A stretch of 63,922 nucleotides of DNA, counting the filler, from Lenisia limosa (Eukaryota; Protista; Breviatea): assembly GCA_001655205.1 (NCBI GenBank). It is 16 parts of 16 records of this genome, joined end to end, with 100 filler letters (N's around TTAATTAATTAA, not from the genome) between each part and the next. Parts side by side here need not be neighbours in the genome. Positions count along the whole stretch, not along the records: positions 34,040 to 40,515 come from LPNZ01011626.1; positions 40,616 to 43,217 come from LPNZ01007179.1; positions 43,318 to 46,543 come from LPNZ01006049.1; positions 46,644 to 56,123 come from LPNZ01009198.1; 12 more parts are not named here. The stretch is one strand, 5' to 3'. Below are positions 36,333 through 47,384 of the stretch, piece by piece (the stretch's first letter is position 1; every line of letters starts with the position of its first letter). The notes below the pieces were generated by a model. That model did not search any database. It saw nothing but the letters and a program-made list of their open reading frames with translations, and was not told the DNA's origin. The translations under genes and the position numbers were made by a program.

Positions 36333-37809
36333 GTTCCAGGAAAGAATGAGACTGGTCAAAAACGACATCCTTGCCACCACCCTTGCAGCTGAAGAGGCCC
36401 AATCCCAGGCCGACTATGTGTTGGCAGGGACTATGTGGAGGGTGTGGAATGTACGGCGTTTACATTATTTACATTATTTACATTGGTTTACTTTTCCAGG
36501 CTTTCAACGGACTCGGAATATGAGGACGACCAGGTAGGTTTATCAACATATCGCTCCATTGAATAGCGTGTTAACTAGGGCTTCACTTCGGTTCGAAAAA
36601 AGACTGAATTTCTCAATAAATCGACCTGAAGCCTTAGTGTTAACCAATTCTGATCTGGTAAAAAAAACGAAATTTTATTGAGTGGTGTAGTATCTGGTCG
36701 TATCATAAGTATCATAACATACGCTGTGTGCACAGATTTGTAAGGCAAATAATTGGGTGAATTAGTATTATACTATAATCCAATATCTCTGATAAGCGTG
36801 ATTGTGTGGACGGCTTGGGCTACAACTTTGTTTTATTATTTCTTATTGCTATATATCATAACATACACCCAAAAACAGTCAGCACCTTTACCCCATTACC
36901 CCACAGGTTGGCCAAACAATCGGAATTGTCTTTGTTAATACGGCTTCAACTTTCGGAGGTTAGTGTGGGGCAAACCTACATTGTTATAACTTTGGAGGGG
37001 GCTATACATAGGATAAACGAAACTGTATCGCAGCCCTTAAATGACAGTTCTTGATTCTTCATTTTGCTGACATTTTGTTGATATGAAAATAACTAATTTT
37101 GTATGTTCCCAACAATGCCTCACCTTATAACAACTCCAGGGGCCTCAGGAACATCACCAACCGGGCTATCTATGGAGGCACTCAAGAACCTTGACAAGGT
37201 CCGTCTTGACTTGGTTAATGCAGTAATTATATATCATATACATGTACATACACACAGTAGTATATACCTACACACCACAAAGCTGACTTTGCAGTACTCC
37301 GAAGACGCTCTCGATGAAATGATCGACTCTGTTGTTCTTTCGGTCAAGATCGCCACTGTCATCTCAATCATCTTCATCCTCATCCTGTGGAAGCTCATCA
37401 TGAAGACTTATAAGTGCGAAGAAGCAGTTTTAGACGTATTCATTTCACACGAACACCCCTTTTTCACTTTCTTTACCCATACTCTGGTGTTCCATCACAA
37501 TTGATTGTTTTGTCTTTGGTTTTCTCATAAATTGCTATTCTTACCCAAGCAGAAAGAATGTTTTTGGCCTCCGACAAGGACGGCATTGGTTCACCATTGA
37601 GGAGGTTGAGCTCTACAAAGCCCCGTATTACACAGGGCTTCAAATCNNNNNNNNNNNNNNNNNNNNNNNNNNNNNNNNNNNNNNNNNNNNNNNNNNNNNN
37701 NNNNNNNNNNNNNNNNNNNNNNNTTCAAAATATCTGGATACACAGCGTCGATTTAGTGTGGTCATTTTAGATGGCACTTAGCCATTATCAGCCATTTAAT
37801 AGCGCACCT

Positions 37810-37871
<62 letters not shown>

Positions 37872-40436
37872 ATAGCGACTCGCCTCCTCCTTGAATCACT
37901 TTCTTGACATCTTCAGGGACATTTGACGGTCTCCTTCATCGTCACAACCAGTCTCATAGCCCTCGTTCTCTTCATCACCATCTGGCCAATTTCTCGCGAC
38001 TATGTAGTAGAGAAGGCAGTCATTATGCTTACGGCCATCTTCACCGTCTCTTTCTTCGCCAAATTCTTCCTGAAACTTATTGGAAAGTACCGTGCTTCTG
38101 ATGGTATGAAGGCAATTGATAGAGTGAAATGCCAAGGGCAAATTAGGGGGTGCTGCTCTGATGGGGTTTATTTACATTCTGATGGGAATATGATTAGCTT
38201 TACGACTCTTCCTCAAACAGCAACATTCACTGAACACAATAGAACATATAAACATTCTGAGACTAACCTCGAGGGTTCCTCTCGGGTCTGAAAAAGACTG
38301 ATAAAATAGTTTTTAGGATTTATCTAGAAATTCAGTCTTTTTACCAAAGTGAACGCCTACTAACTTGTTAGGACTTTTGGTGGTACGTCGCCCCTTCCTG
38401 TTCTCATTGTTCGACATTATGAGTCTCATCATTTGGGTCGTCGGTGGTATTATTAAGGTGGGTTGGTATGTAGTGAAATAGTTGGGAGTATTTTGTCATA
38501 CTATGGGTATGCTGGGGAGGCACGCAAAAAGCTATGTGTATAGAATTAGGCAAATGATTGGGTGAATTATTATTCTATAATCCAATATCTCTTATAAGCG
38601 TGATGGTGTAGATGGCTTCGGCCAGATACAAGCCTGTTGTTATTTCCCATTGCATATTATCATACTCTACCATATGCATATAGAAAATATACATGTACAT
38701 AAATATCCTAAAAACGTGGGGTGGACAATTTCCTCATCATCACACCCCCTAATTAGCAAATATTTGGAGCAACAATTTGAACTACTGTCTATTCCCAAAG
38801 TATCACAGTAACAGTCCTTGCTTGTGTGTACCTCGCGTCTTTCCACCCCTCACACCCCACCCCAGGCAATCGTTCTCTTCTTCATGGCCTTCATCAAGAT
38901 GGTTTACCGCTACTCGCGAGTGGACGTTCCTCTGGTCTATGTCACCGGAAAGTTCACCGAAGACGACACGACCGTTATTGACCCCCAGGCTGACTCGGGT
39001 TACGCCACTTATTTGGGTGCGAGGGGCGAGAGGACTTGACTTATTTTTTGGGAGGTCGCAATTAGGGCTTCACTTCAGTTCGAAAAAAGACTGATGCAAT
39101 ATTTCCCTTTGATATACTTGGAAAGAGTACTCACCCTTGAAGCAATGCTTGTGGCCGACCATATGCACAACAACCCCATTGTACGAACATTCGTATTCCA
39201 CCTTGTCCAAAGTAAGGCTTGGTGGAACTGTAATGGGTCATTCTCTGCGGCCCTTTATCAGCCTTCTCTTACCGAGGTGTTTCTGACTACTAGAATGGGA
39301 TGGTGAAGGCTGGAATACTTCCGTTTTGAGCTCCTTCTTGTTATTCATGGCGTATCAGTGTGACATGATTGTTTTTATTTGTCTCTAGCTACACTTACTA
39401 AAACTCCTTCTCCCTTTGTTTATTATTTCGCTTCCCTAGATTTTGTTCTTAAGCACTTCAGGCTACCTCCACCGGATACATCTGACTGCTGAGTCCGAAC
39501 GAGGCAACCCCTCCGGTGACTTCCTTAAAAAAGGTGCGCAAGGATTATTTGGAACCTTTTGCGGACAATGCCTTCATGTGACCCTCTTTCTTCCTCTTTC
39601 TTTCCCTTTCTTCCCCTTTCTTTCCCTCTGATAACAATTTTCCTTTTGTATAGTAATACAGGACCTTTTATATCCGTCTTTTGGGCATTAGCTCATACCT
39701 CATGCTATTCCTACCCCAGACCCGGCCGCCTCTCGCCGCGCACGGCTTCGATGGCACAAAGCCCTGATGCTCATCTCCAACCCCGCAATCATCCCGGTCA
39801 CTAAGAGCAATCTCAAGAACAGGTGAGCTGAGGGCAATCATCCAAACCATACATACATGACACTACGTATCGTATATTAATACTGTATAGTAAATATTGT
39901 GTACTATATGATATGATCCATAAATGTCATTGATTCAATAAAATAATGCATTCATAACAGTGTATCATATTAATTACAACTTGTTTTGTTGATTTGGTAG
40001 CGAGTTTTGTTATGATATCCACTAACCGCCACTCTCAGACTGGAGTTCATGATCAACGATCTGGATGACGATGGCGTCTTCAACAACACCGCCATGCACC
40101 CCGCCGTATGCGGTCTCTTTTTGAGGGAGACAATATTAAATCTAGGGAAACATACCATAAACAGAGCTCCCATATCTATACTCGGATCATTGTACAGATA
40201 TGTACATAGACGAAAATAGCATACCAACCTTTAGACGGTTTCCCAATGGTTTCTGTATATTTTGGGCTTCACTGGTCTCTGTTTTTTTTTTATTCACTAT
40301 GATGGATCTATCTACAAAGCGTAATATATTTTGAACTGTGTGTTTTTTTTTTATTTCAATCACACTTCAGATTTCTCACAAGCGTGTCAATAAAGAGAGC
40401 CAACTTTTAGAGTCTTCGTTCAACGAGGCTGATGAG
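36333..40436 (+). CDS. STRA6: STRA6-like (RBP-receptor family) multi-pass membrane protein, partial
   Basis: Several TM exons are followed by LLVVRRPFLFSLFD..., FIKMVYRYSRVDVPL...DSGYATYL|AMLVADHMHNNPIVRTF and SRRARLRWHKALMLISNPAI. These match the STRA6 C-terminal motifs (R.D..L, DPGY.TY...E...HP..F, RAR.RW..A.TL..NP). The symbol denotes family homology, not proven orthology. Confidence 0.8.
38508..38656 (+). repeat. Dispersed intronic repeat family C (~150-170 bp), near full-length copy
   Basis: tatgctggggaggcacgc...atgattgggtgaatt...tataatccaatatctcttataagcgtgatggtgtagatggcttcggccagatac...; about 15 partial or full copies in the window. Confidence 0.88.
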
Positions 40437-40692
40437 GTGTGTGGACAAAACTATTTCAGATATGCCTCTCTCCTTTCTCTTTCTGCTTTGGTGGTGTGGT
40501 CATAATTTACCATAGNNNNNNNNNNNNNNNNNNNNNNNNNNNNNNNNNNNNNNNNNNNNTTAATTAATTAANNNNNNNNNNNNNNNNNNNNNNNNNNNNN
40601 NNNNNNNNNNNNNNNGTACCAACTATTTTTGTAATGTGCATCATATTCAATTAGGGCTTACCCCCGTATATTTCCCATTTTTATTCTCCAAG

Positions 40693-43217
40693 GTCTTCTC
40701 GCCCCCCCTGGAAAGCCTGAACTCAATGCTAGGAGACGTGTTCGTTCCGGTCCTAACTACGACCAAGGAAAACGACTGGGGCCGATGTACGGACAAGGAC
40801 AGTGACAGCTACCGTGAGACATTAACGGGCTTTTCGCACATCGTGACTGGTGAGTGTTTTGGGAAGTTCTGCTATAGTTAATTATCGTTCGAAACCTGGT
40901 AATTACCGAATATCCTGATAATAAACATTATTATCGTTCGAAAGGTTCTATTGGTCAAGACTGCTACGGCTTCGTGAAATCTTTACTTACAATTACATAC
41001 ATATGATACAGTATATGTATTTTATAAGCAGTATAATTAATCTGAAGATATGATTGGAAAGTTCTTGGAATCTGACATGATTATAGAAAGGTATGTTAAT
41101 CTGATTTTAGGATAGAAAAGTTCTAATTAATCTGACATGATATAAGCGAATCAGTAATCTGACATGATAGAAACGGTGTCGTCGCTTCAAACTGGTGTTG
41201 ACCTCAGACCGTTGGATAAGAAATTCGAAGTATGTGAGTGCTGTTATAAAGTAGGGGATTATACTGTTCCCCCAGGTTGAGAGGAAGCCCTCAAATACCT
41301 CTCCCCCATGTATAACTGTATAACCCCCCCCCCCCNNNNNNNNNNNNNNNNNNNNNNNNNNNNNNNNNNNNNNNNNNNNNNNNNNNNNNNNNNNNNNNNN
41401 NNNNNNNNNNNNNNNNNNNNNNNNNNNNNNNNNNNNNNNNNNNNNNNNNNNNNNNNNNNNNNNNNNNNNNNNNNNNNNNGGGTCAGTTAACACGGACGGA
41501 GTCGATGACGATACTGAAGACTACCGCGAACTTGATCGGGACTTTTGGGTCCAGAGACAAAGTGAAGTCCAAGGGTTGGCGGCGTAGAGGCAATAGGAAT
41601 TTCATTTGTTTGATACTTTGTGCTATCTCAGGCTTTTGTTTCTCTATTTATTCACAATCAGTGCTGTTGTAGTGATTTGTCCTTTACGCCAATATTCTTC
41701 ATTGAAATTTCCCTGATAACATTTTAACCCTAACCCCCCAGAATCATGGATCAGACAAAGGGCAGGGACGTGAAGTCGGCTGTGGGTGTGCTGGCCGCGG
41801 CAAAGTCGCGCGTTTTACGCAAATGGCGTACCATTGACGCCTCTCTTCAGGAGCATGCGAATGAGGCCAAGGTGGGGGAGGTAGAATGAGGCCAAGGTGG
41901 GGGAGGTAGAATGGAAGTGTGGTATACTATATCATATCGAACAAGGTATGTGTATGTGGTGATGGTGAGGACGGCTTCGGTCAGATACGACCTTGCCTTC
42001 TTTATCATGTTGTTCTCTGATGGTGCAATGATTTTACTTACACATTTACAGGAAAACATCAAGTACGTTGCATCCATTGACAAGCACCTGGAGACAATTC
42101 GAAGCCAAGGACCCACCAGTGCTGCTGAAGCCCTCTCTCCCCTTCTGAACACCATTCGGGCTATTCATTCATCTGCAAAGTAGGCTCCTTCATCCCCTCA
42201 GTTGCTTCATTCTTTGTTTTCTGTTGGCTTAGTGCTTCCTACGATATTATTCAAGGATTTTTCAAGAAAAAGACTGTATTTCTCGATAAATCCTTGAAAA
42301 ATGTTGATATTTTTAGCACTCTATTCGGACCATAGGGAAGCCCGAGTTAACACTCCTCATAAAATATTATCATCTCGGACAATACAACTTGGTTTTTCTC
42401 ATTTCTCTATCGTATGAATTATATTACCAGACAACTTTGTTTTTATTTCTTATTTCTCTAGGTAATTACATATATTATCATCTTGTCAACCCCCCCCCCC
42501 CTACAGAATCNNNNNNNNNNNNNNNNNNNNNNNNNNNNNNNNNNNNNNNNNNNNNNNNNNNNNNNNNNNNNNNNNNNNNNNNNNNNNNNNNNNNNNNNNN
42601 NNNNNNNNNNNNNNNNNNNNNNNNNNNNNNNNNNNNNNNNNNNNNNNNNNNNNNNNNNNNNNNNNNNNNNNNATATATCTGCTCACCCCCAGGTCCTTCG
42701 GTCATGCCATCTGCATTTGCACCGTACAGCCCAAATCCTGCAAAAATCCTCGTTATGGCACGTCCCTCCGCAAACTGCTCTCGCTGCTCTGAAGGAGTGC
42801 ATGCAGCTAGTAGAAGCATACCAGGACGCTTACAAGGGGTCACGGGTGGGGATGGCGGGTATAAAGAAGACCGAATCTCTCAATATCCTCGATAAATATC
42901 GATATTTAAACCGTCTTTTTCGAACCGAAGTGAAGTCCAGTTTTAAGGGATGTGAACTCAGATTATTCGGTTCGTGATTACTACTTTTACGCCAATATGC
43001 TTCATCGAAATTTCCAAGTTTACCCCTCAATGCAGAAGTGCCTGGCCTGGGCTTTGTTTTGTTGTTATCAGCTCTTGTGTTCAGCCAACAGAGTTGATTT
43101 TGGGCTTTTTTATTTTTCATATTTTTCAATTTTACCCCCCTCCCCCCTAGGAGCGAATGCACAGTCAGAAAGTCCGGCCACTCGACTTACCCGAAAGTCG
43201 ACTTCTCCTGAAACTCG
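40693..43217 (+). CDS. DNAH5: Outer-arm axonemal dynein heavy chain N-terminal tail (DHC_N1), DNAH5/DNAH8 (gamma) type, partial
   Basis: DVKSAVGVLAAAKSRVLRKWRTIDASLQEHANEAK|ENIKYVASIDKHLE...LLNTIRAIHSSAK parallels the DNAH5-class segment [20 protein letters not shown]...ANEAKDNVKYL; flanking exons agree. DNAH5 versus DNAH8 cannot be resolved. Confidence 0.88.
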
Positions 43218-43317
43218 NNNNNNNNNNNNNNNNNNNNNNNNNNNNNNNNNNNNNNNNNNNNTTAATTAATTAANNNNNNNNNNNNNNNNNNNNNNNNNNN
43301 NNNNNNNNNNNNNNNNN

Positions 43318-45536
43318 TGGGACATTGAGCTGTTGAGCAGTTACATGCGGCTCCTGACCATCCCTGTAGTGTGAGTAATAATAATCATCATTATTCCCTC
43401 TGAATTATTGTCTTGATAACAAGAAAATGGAAGAGATTAAACAATCCAGAAACACCACATTAACACACGGATCCATTTGAATATAGTTAAACTTTCAATT
43501 TCCCCCAATTATACCATAGGTCACTGAGACCATAAACAGCAAATTATGGTAGTATGCATTGATTCAGTTGATAAGTCAAGGTTAACTGCCGTAGTGAACA
43601 GAAAGTGCACCCCCTTTTACCGGTTGACAGAGACAGTTATCACAGTTGCAAAGGCCTCGCTCTGGTCCTCCACAGATCAAGCCGTCCAAATCGGCCACAC
43701 AAGTCTTGTCCTTGTGACATGAGCAATCTTCCATTGAAGTGTAGTCCGGGTCACAGTCACAGGAACCGCAGCTGCAACTGCCATGGTTGTCACAGACGCC
43801 ATTGCCTGGGGGAGGGAGTAAAACGAAGGAAATTTCGATGTACAGTGGCATAAAGATACCGAATCATTCGAAAAAAATAACACACAGGGGTAAATAGGAA
43901 ATTTATGAAGCAAAAAATGCCCAAACACAAACACAAACAAATAGCCCAAGTCAGCCTGTGAAGAGTCCCGCTACCTATTTCCCAAACCGGGGGTAATGCG
44001 GGTTCAGAAAACAATGAAACAAATACTATCAGATCAAAAGCTCAAAAAAAACCCCAAGATAGCTGATTGGGGGGGGGGGTCAAGTTTTAATTAGGAGCTA
44101 TAAGACCAAACTTCCCGTTAGCTATCCAAAAAGAACATTAAATTCAGGCCAATAAGCATCATGAGTATCCAATTCAGGTCAATAAGCACAATGAGTATCC
44201 AATTCAGGCCAATAAGTACAATGAGTATCCAATTCAGGCCAATAAGCACAATGAGTATGATAATTATACGTTAATTATGCTGATAGACATGCAAACGCCA
44301 CAAACCAGTTGTAGGGCAGGGGAGCAGAGAACAGTCACATGCATCACCACCCCATTTCGAGTCGCAAACGCATTCCTAAGTGGATGTGAGTGACAGTTGT
44401 TGTTGTGAAGTAAAGCCATAATTATTCCAAGTGGCCCATCATCACACCGATGGAGGAATGAAACAAAGATTCAACAAGTAATTGCCCTCATACACCACAG
44501 TCGCATTCGCCGTACTCTGAGCCTCCGCATTCCAGGCCATTTATGGAGGACAAACTGCAGGACGATCCGGTCATACAGCTACAGTCGGCCCCACTGAAGC
44601 CAGTGTCGCACTAGGATGTGAAGAAAGACACACTGAGATTGCGAGATACGTCAAGATGAGAAAATATCAATAGGTTCATTCTGGCTGAAGCCCGTACACC
44701 ATCACGTTTATAGGAGATAAGATAGCCGTAAAATAAATATTGTAAGGAAAAGTCTGATATAAGTAAGGAAAAGCCATTTTTAGAGAGTGTTTGAAGAGAA
44801 TTGTTTCAGCTGGATACGTTATAAAATTGTGAAACTACCCTCTGTCACAACTGAAAATAGTTGAAATTCACGGGTAGTACAGAATATGATACAATACAGT
44901 TTCCTCTTCGAAAACCAATGGCCCACCCACCTCGCAAGTTCCACAGTTACAAGTCCCTGAAAAGATGAGATATTTGGAGAAAGAAAAACTACGCTCATAT
45001 GAAGCAATTCAGGATTATAGGTCGAACCATCTACACAAACAACTTGCAACTAGGGCTTCACTTCGGTTCGGAAAATACCGGCAACATTCAGTCTCTTTTC
45101 GAACCGATGTAAAGTCCTACTTTCAACGCCTTATGTAGAATGGCATATAAAGATTTTATTAACACCAAAAGAAGATCCCCTCGCACCGTTTCCAGAGCAG
45201 TCAGCAGGGCAAGGGAGAATGGAACAATTGCAGGCTGCAGTATGCCAGCCCGGTTCACACGCACACATTCCGCAGTCACACGACTGTTGGGATAAATGTT
45301 AAGTGTTCAAATTTAACTTGTGTCTGTACTAATTTGCGTTTGCAAACACTGATTCTCTGACCCACCCTATTTAACAGTACTCCACCCCTTTCTATCAAAG
45401 ATCAGGCTAATTAGCAGCATGTCCCCCCTACGCCTCTCTCAGGGCCGCCGCAGGTGACGTTGAACTCGTCTCTCGGACACTCCAATCCGGCCACACACGA
45501 GCAATCGTCGCCGATCCATCCAGTCTTGCATTCGCA
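43318..45536 (-). CDS. Integrin-beta-like cysteine-rich (I-EGF) repeat protein, partial
   Basis: Spliced chain [139 protein letters not shown] has the CxCGxCxC spacing of integrin I-EGF modules. No betaI/vWA or TM domain is visible on this scaffold. Confidence 0.8.
44150..44260. repeat. Intronic minisatellite, 30-bp unit x4
   Basis: aataagcacaatgagtatccaattcaggcc repeated. Confidence 0.9.
45051..45119. mobile_element. MITE family A, internally deleted copy
   Basis: TAgggcttcacttcggttcggaaaatac...cttttcgaaccgatgtaaagtccTA. Confidence 0.8.
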
Positions 45537-47384
45537 CTGCCGTTGTTATGGGTTAGGTGGACTACTTTAGGTGGAGTAACTGTCAAGGTGTTATGGTGGG
45601 CACTAGTAAAATGTGAATAAGGATTGAAAATTAAGGTTATATATCTGACCAAAGCCTTCATCATCAGTCTGTGCTGAGCACAGAATGTATGTATTATTGT
45701 ATACTTACCCCCACATGTTTCCAAGATTATATTGTTCCACCTTGTTCTCAAAATTATATAATAATATGAATGAATCTGAAAAAAAATTAAACCGACTTTG
45801 CTTGCAATGTTTAAGAATTGTTAAATATTCCCTNNNNNNNNNNNNNNNNNNNNNNNNNNNNNNNNNNNNNNNNNNNNNNNNNNNNNNNNNNNNNNNNNNN
45901 NNNNNNNNNNNNNNNNNNNNNNNNNNNNNNNNNNNNNNNNNNNNNNNNNNNNNNNNNNNNNNNNNNNNNNNNNNNNNNNNNNNNNNNNNNNNNNNNNNNN
46001 NNNNNNNNNNNNNNNNNNNNNNNNNTTTGCCCATCCAACAGTGCTGATGTGAGTAATTTAAGTAATATATGTACCAGAGAAAGGTTACCATATGATGATA
46101 AAAAGGTATTGGCATCGTGTGCAGAAATGCTTACAAACACGCCAGGAGAGCAACCCCAACAATCTCATAATTGAGACAACATACCCCCTTCCAACCAGGT
46201 ACAGGTTCCGTCACACTCCGAGGTACCCCAGGGTGCCTGGCAGGAGGCTGGGGCTGTGGCGCCGGATTTGCACTAAAATGTCAGTGGGCTGATCAACGTG
46301 TGGGATTAGGATTGTGCTGAACTCGTAGTTGACAAAAAGGAGAGTTCAATGGGCGAAAATTGGCGAAATCGGCGAAAAATGGCGAAAGGACACGTTCACA
46401 ACCTTTTTTAAAAACTCATGTTTCACAAAAACAACAAAAGTCACCCCCCTCCCCTCCATACCTCACAGATATCACCAAACCAGTCAGTTTCACAAACGCA
46501 GATCTAAAACCGTAAGTCATAACATTCAGAAATGAGCACCTATNNNNNNNNNNNNNNNNNNNNNNNNNNNNNNNNNNNNNNNNNNNNTTAATTAATTAAN
46601 NNNNNNNNNNNNNNNNNNNNNNNNNNNNNNNNNNNNNNNNNNNGGAGGGGGGGGGATTTTCAAATGAAGGAAGAAGGAAGGTACTTAATGCGATAAAGGG
46701 GGGGCATAACCTTGAATTTAGTCCATTATATGATACCTTGTTTTGTGTATACTTACAATTAGCCCTATATATATCATTGACCTTACAACAACCGTATAAA
46801 CTGGCTTTGAATTAAAACTCTACCCTGCGTCTATCTTGACGTGGTATTTAACATCAAATTTTGCCTTACCTTTTAACTGGATTTGTATGAAACCTCACAT
46901 TTAAACAGGATTTGTAAATAACCTTGTGTATCAAATTGTCTTTATCCTTACATTTAGCGTTGTGTTTATCGTGTCTTTGTTAAAATCTTGTTTTTAGTCT
47001 TGTAATATATCATATCATATCATATATTATATATATATATGTATTTAATCTTACATTTAGCTTTGTGTTTGCGTTTAAACGTACATTTAACCTTGTATTT
47101 GCGTTTAACCTTACCTTTAGCCCGTCATATGGTTGGTGGAAGCAGCGAACGAGTCGCGTGCAACGGACAGACGCACCAACGATGCTGGAATGGCATTGCT
47201 GTTGCTGATGAGTAGGCCTGGCTGTTGGTGATGAGTCGACCTGGCTGTTGGTGATGAGTCGGCCTGGCTGTAATCAACTCTGTTGTGATGGGGGGGGGGG
47301 GGGNNNNNNNNNNNNNNNNNNNNNNNNNNNNNNNNNNNNNNNNNNNNNNNNNNNNNNNNNNNNNNNNNNNNNNNNNNNNNNNNN

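Noticed and set aside
45284-45432. Possible micro-exon or GC donor needed to keep the integrin-like frame
   Set aside because: Correct reading gives GGC|gtaggg...cag|TCG TGT GAC (ERG-SCDCG), a normal phase-0 GT-AG intron.
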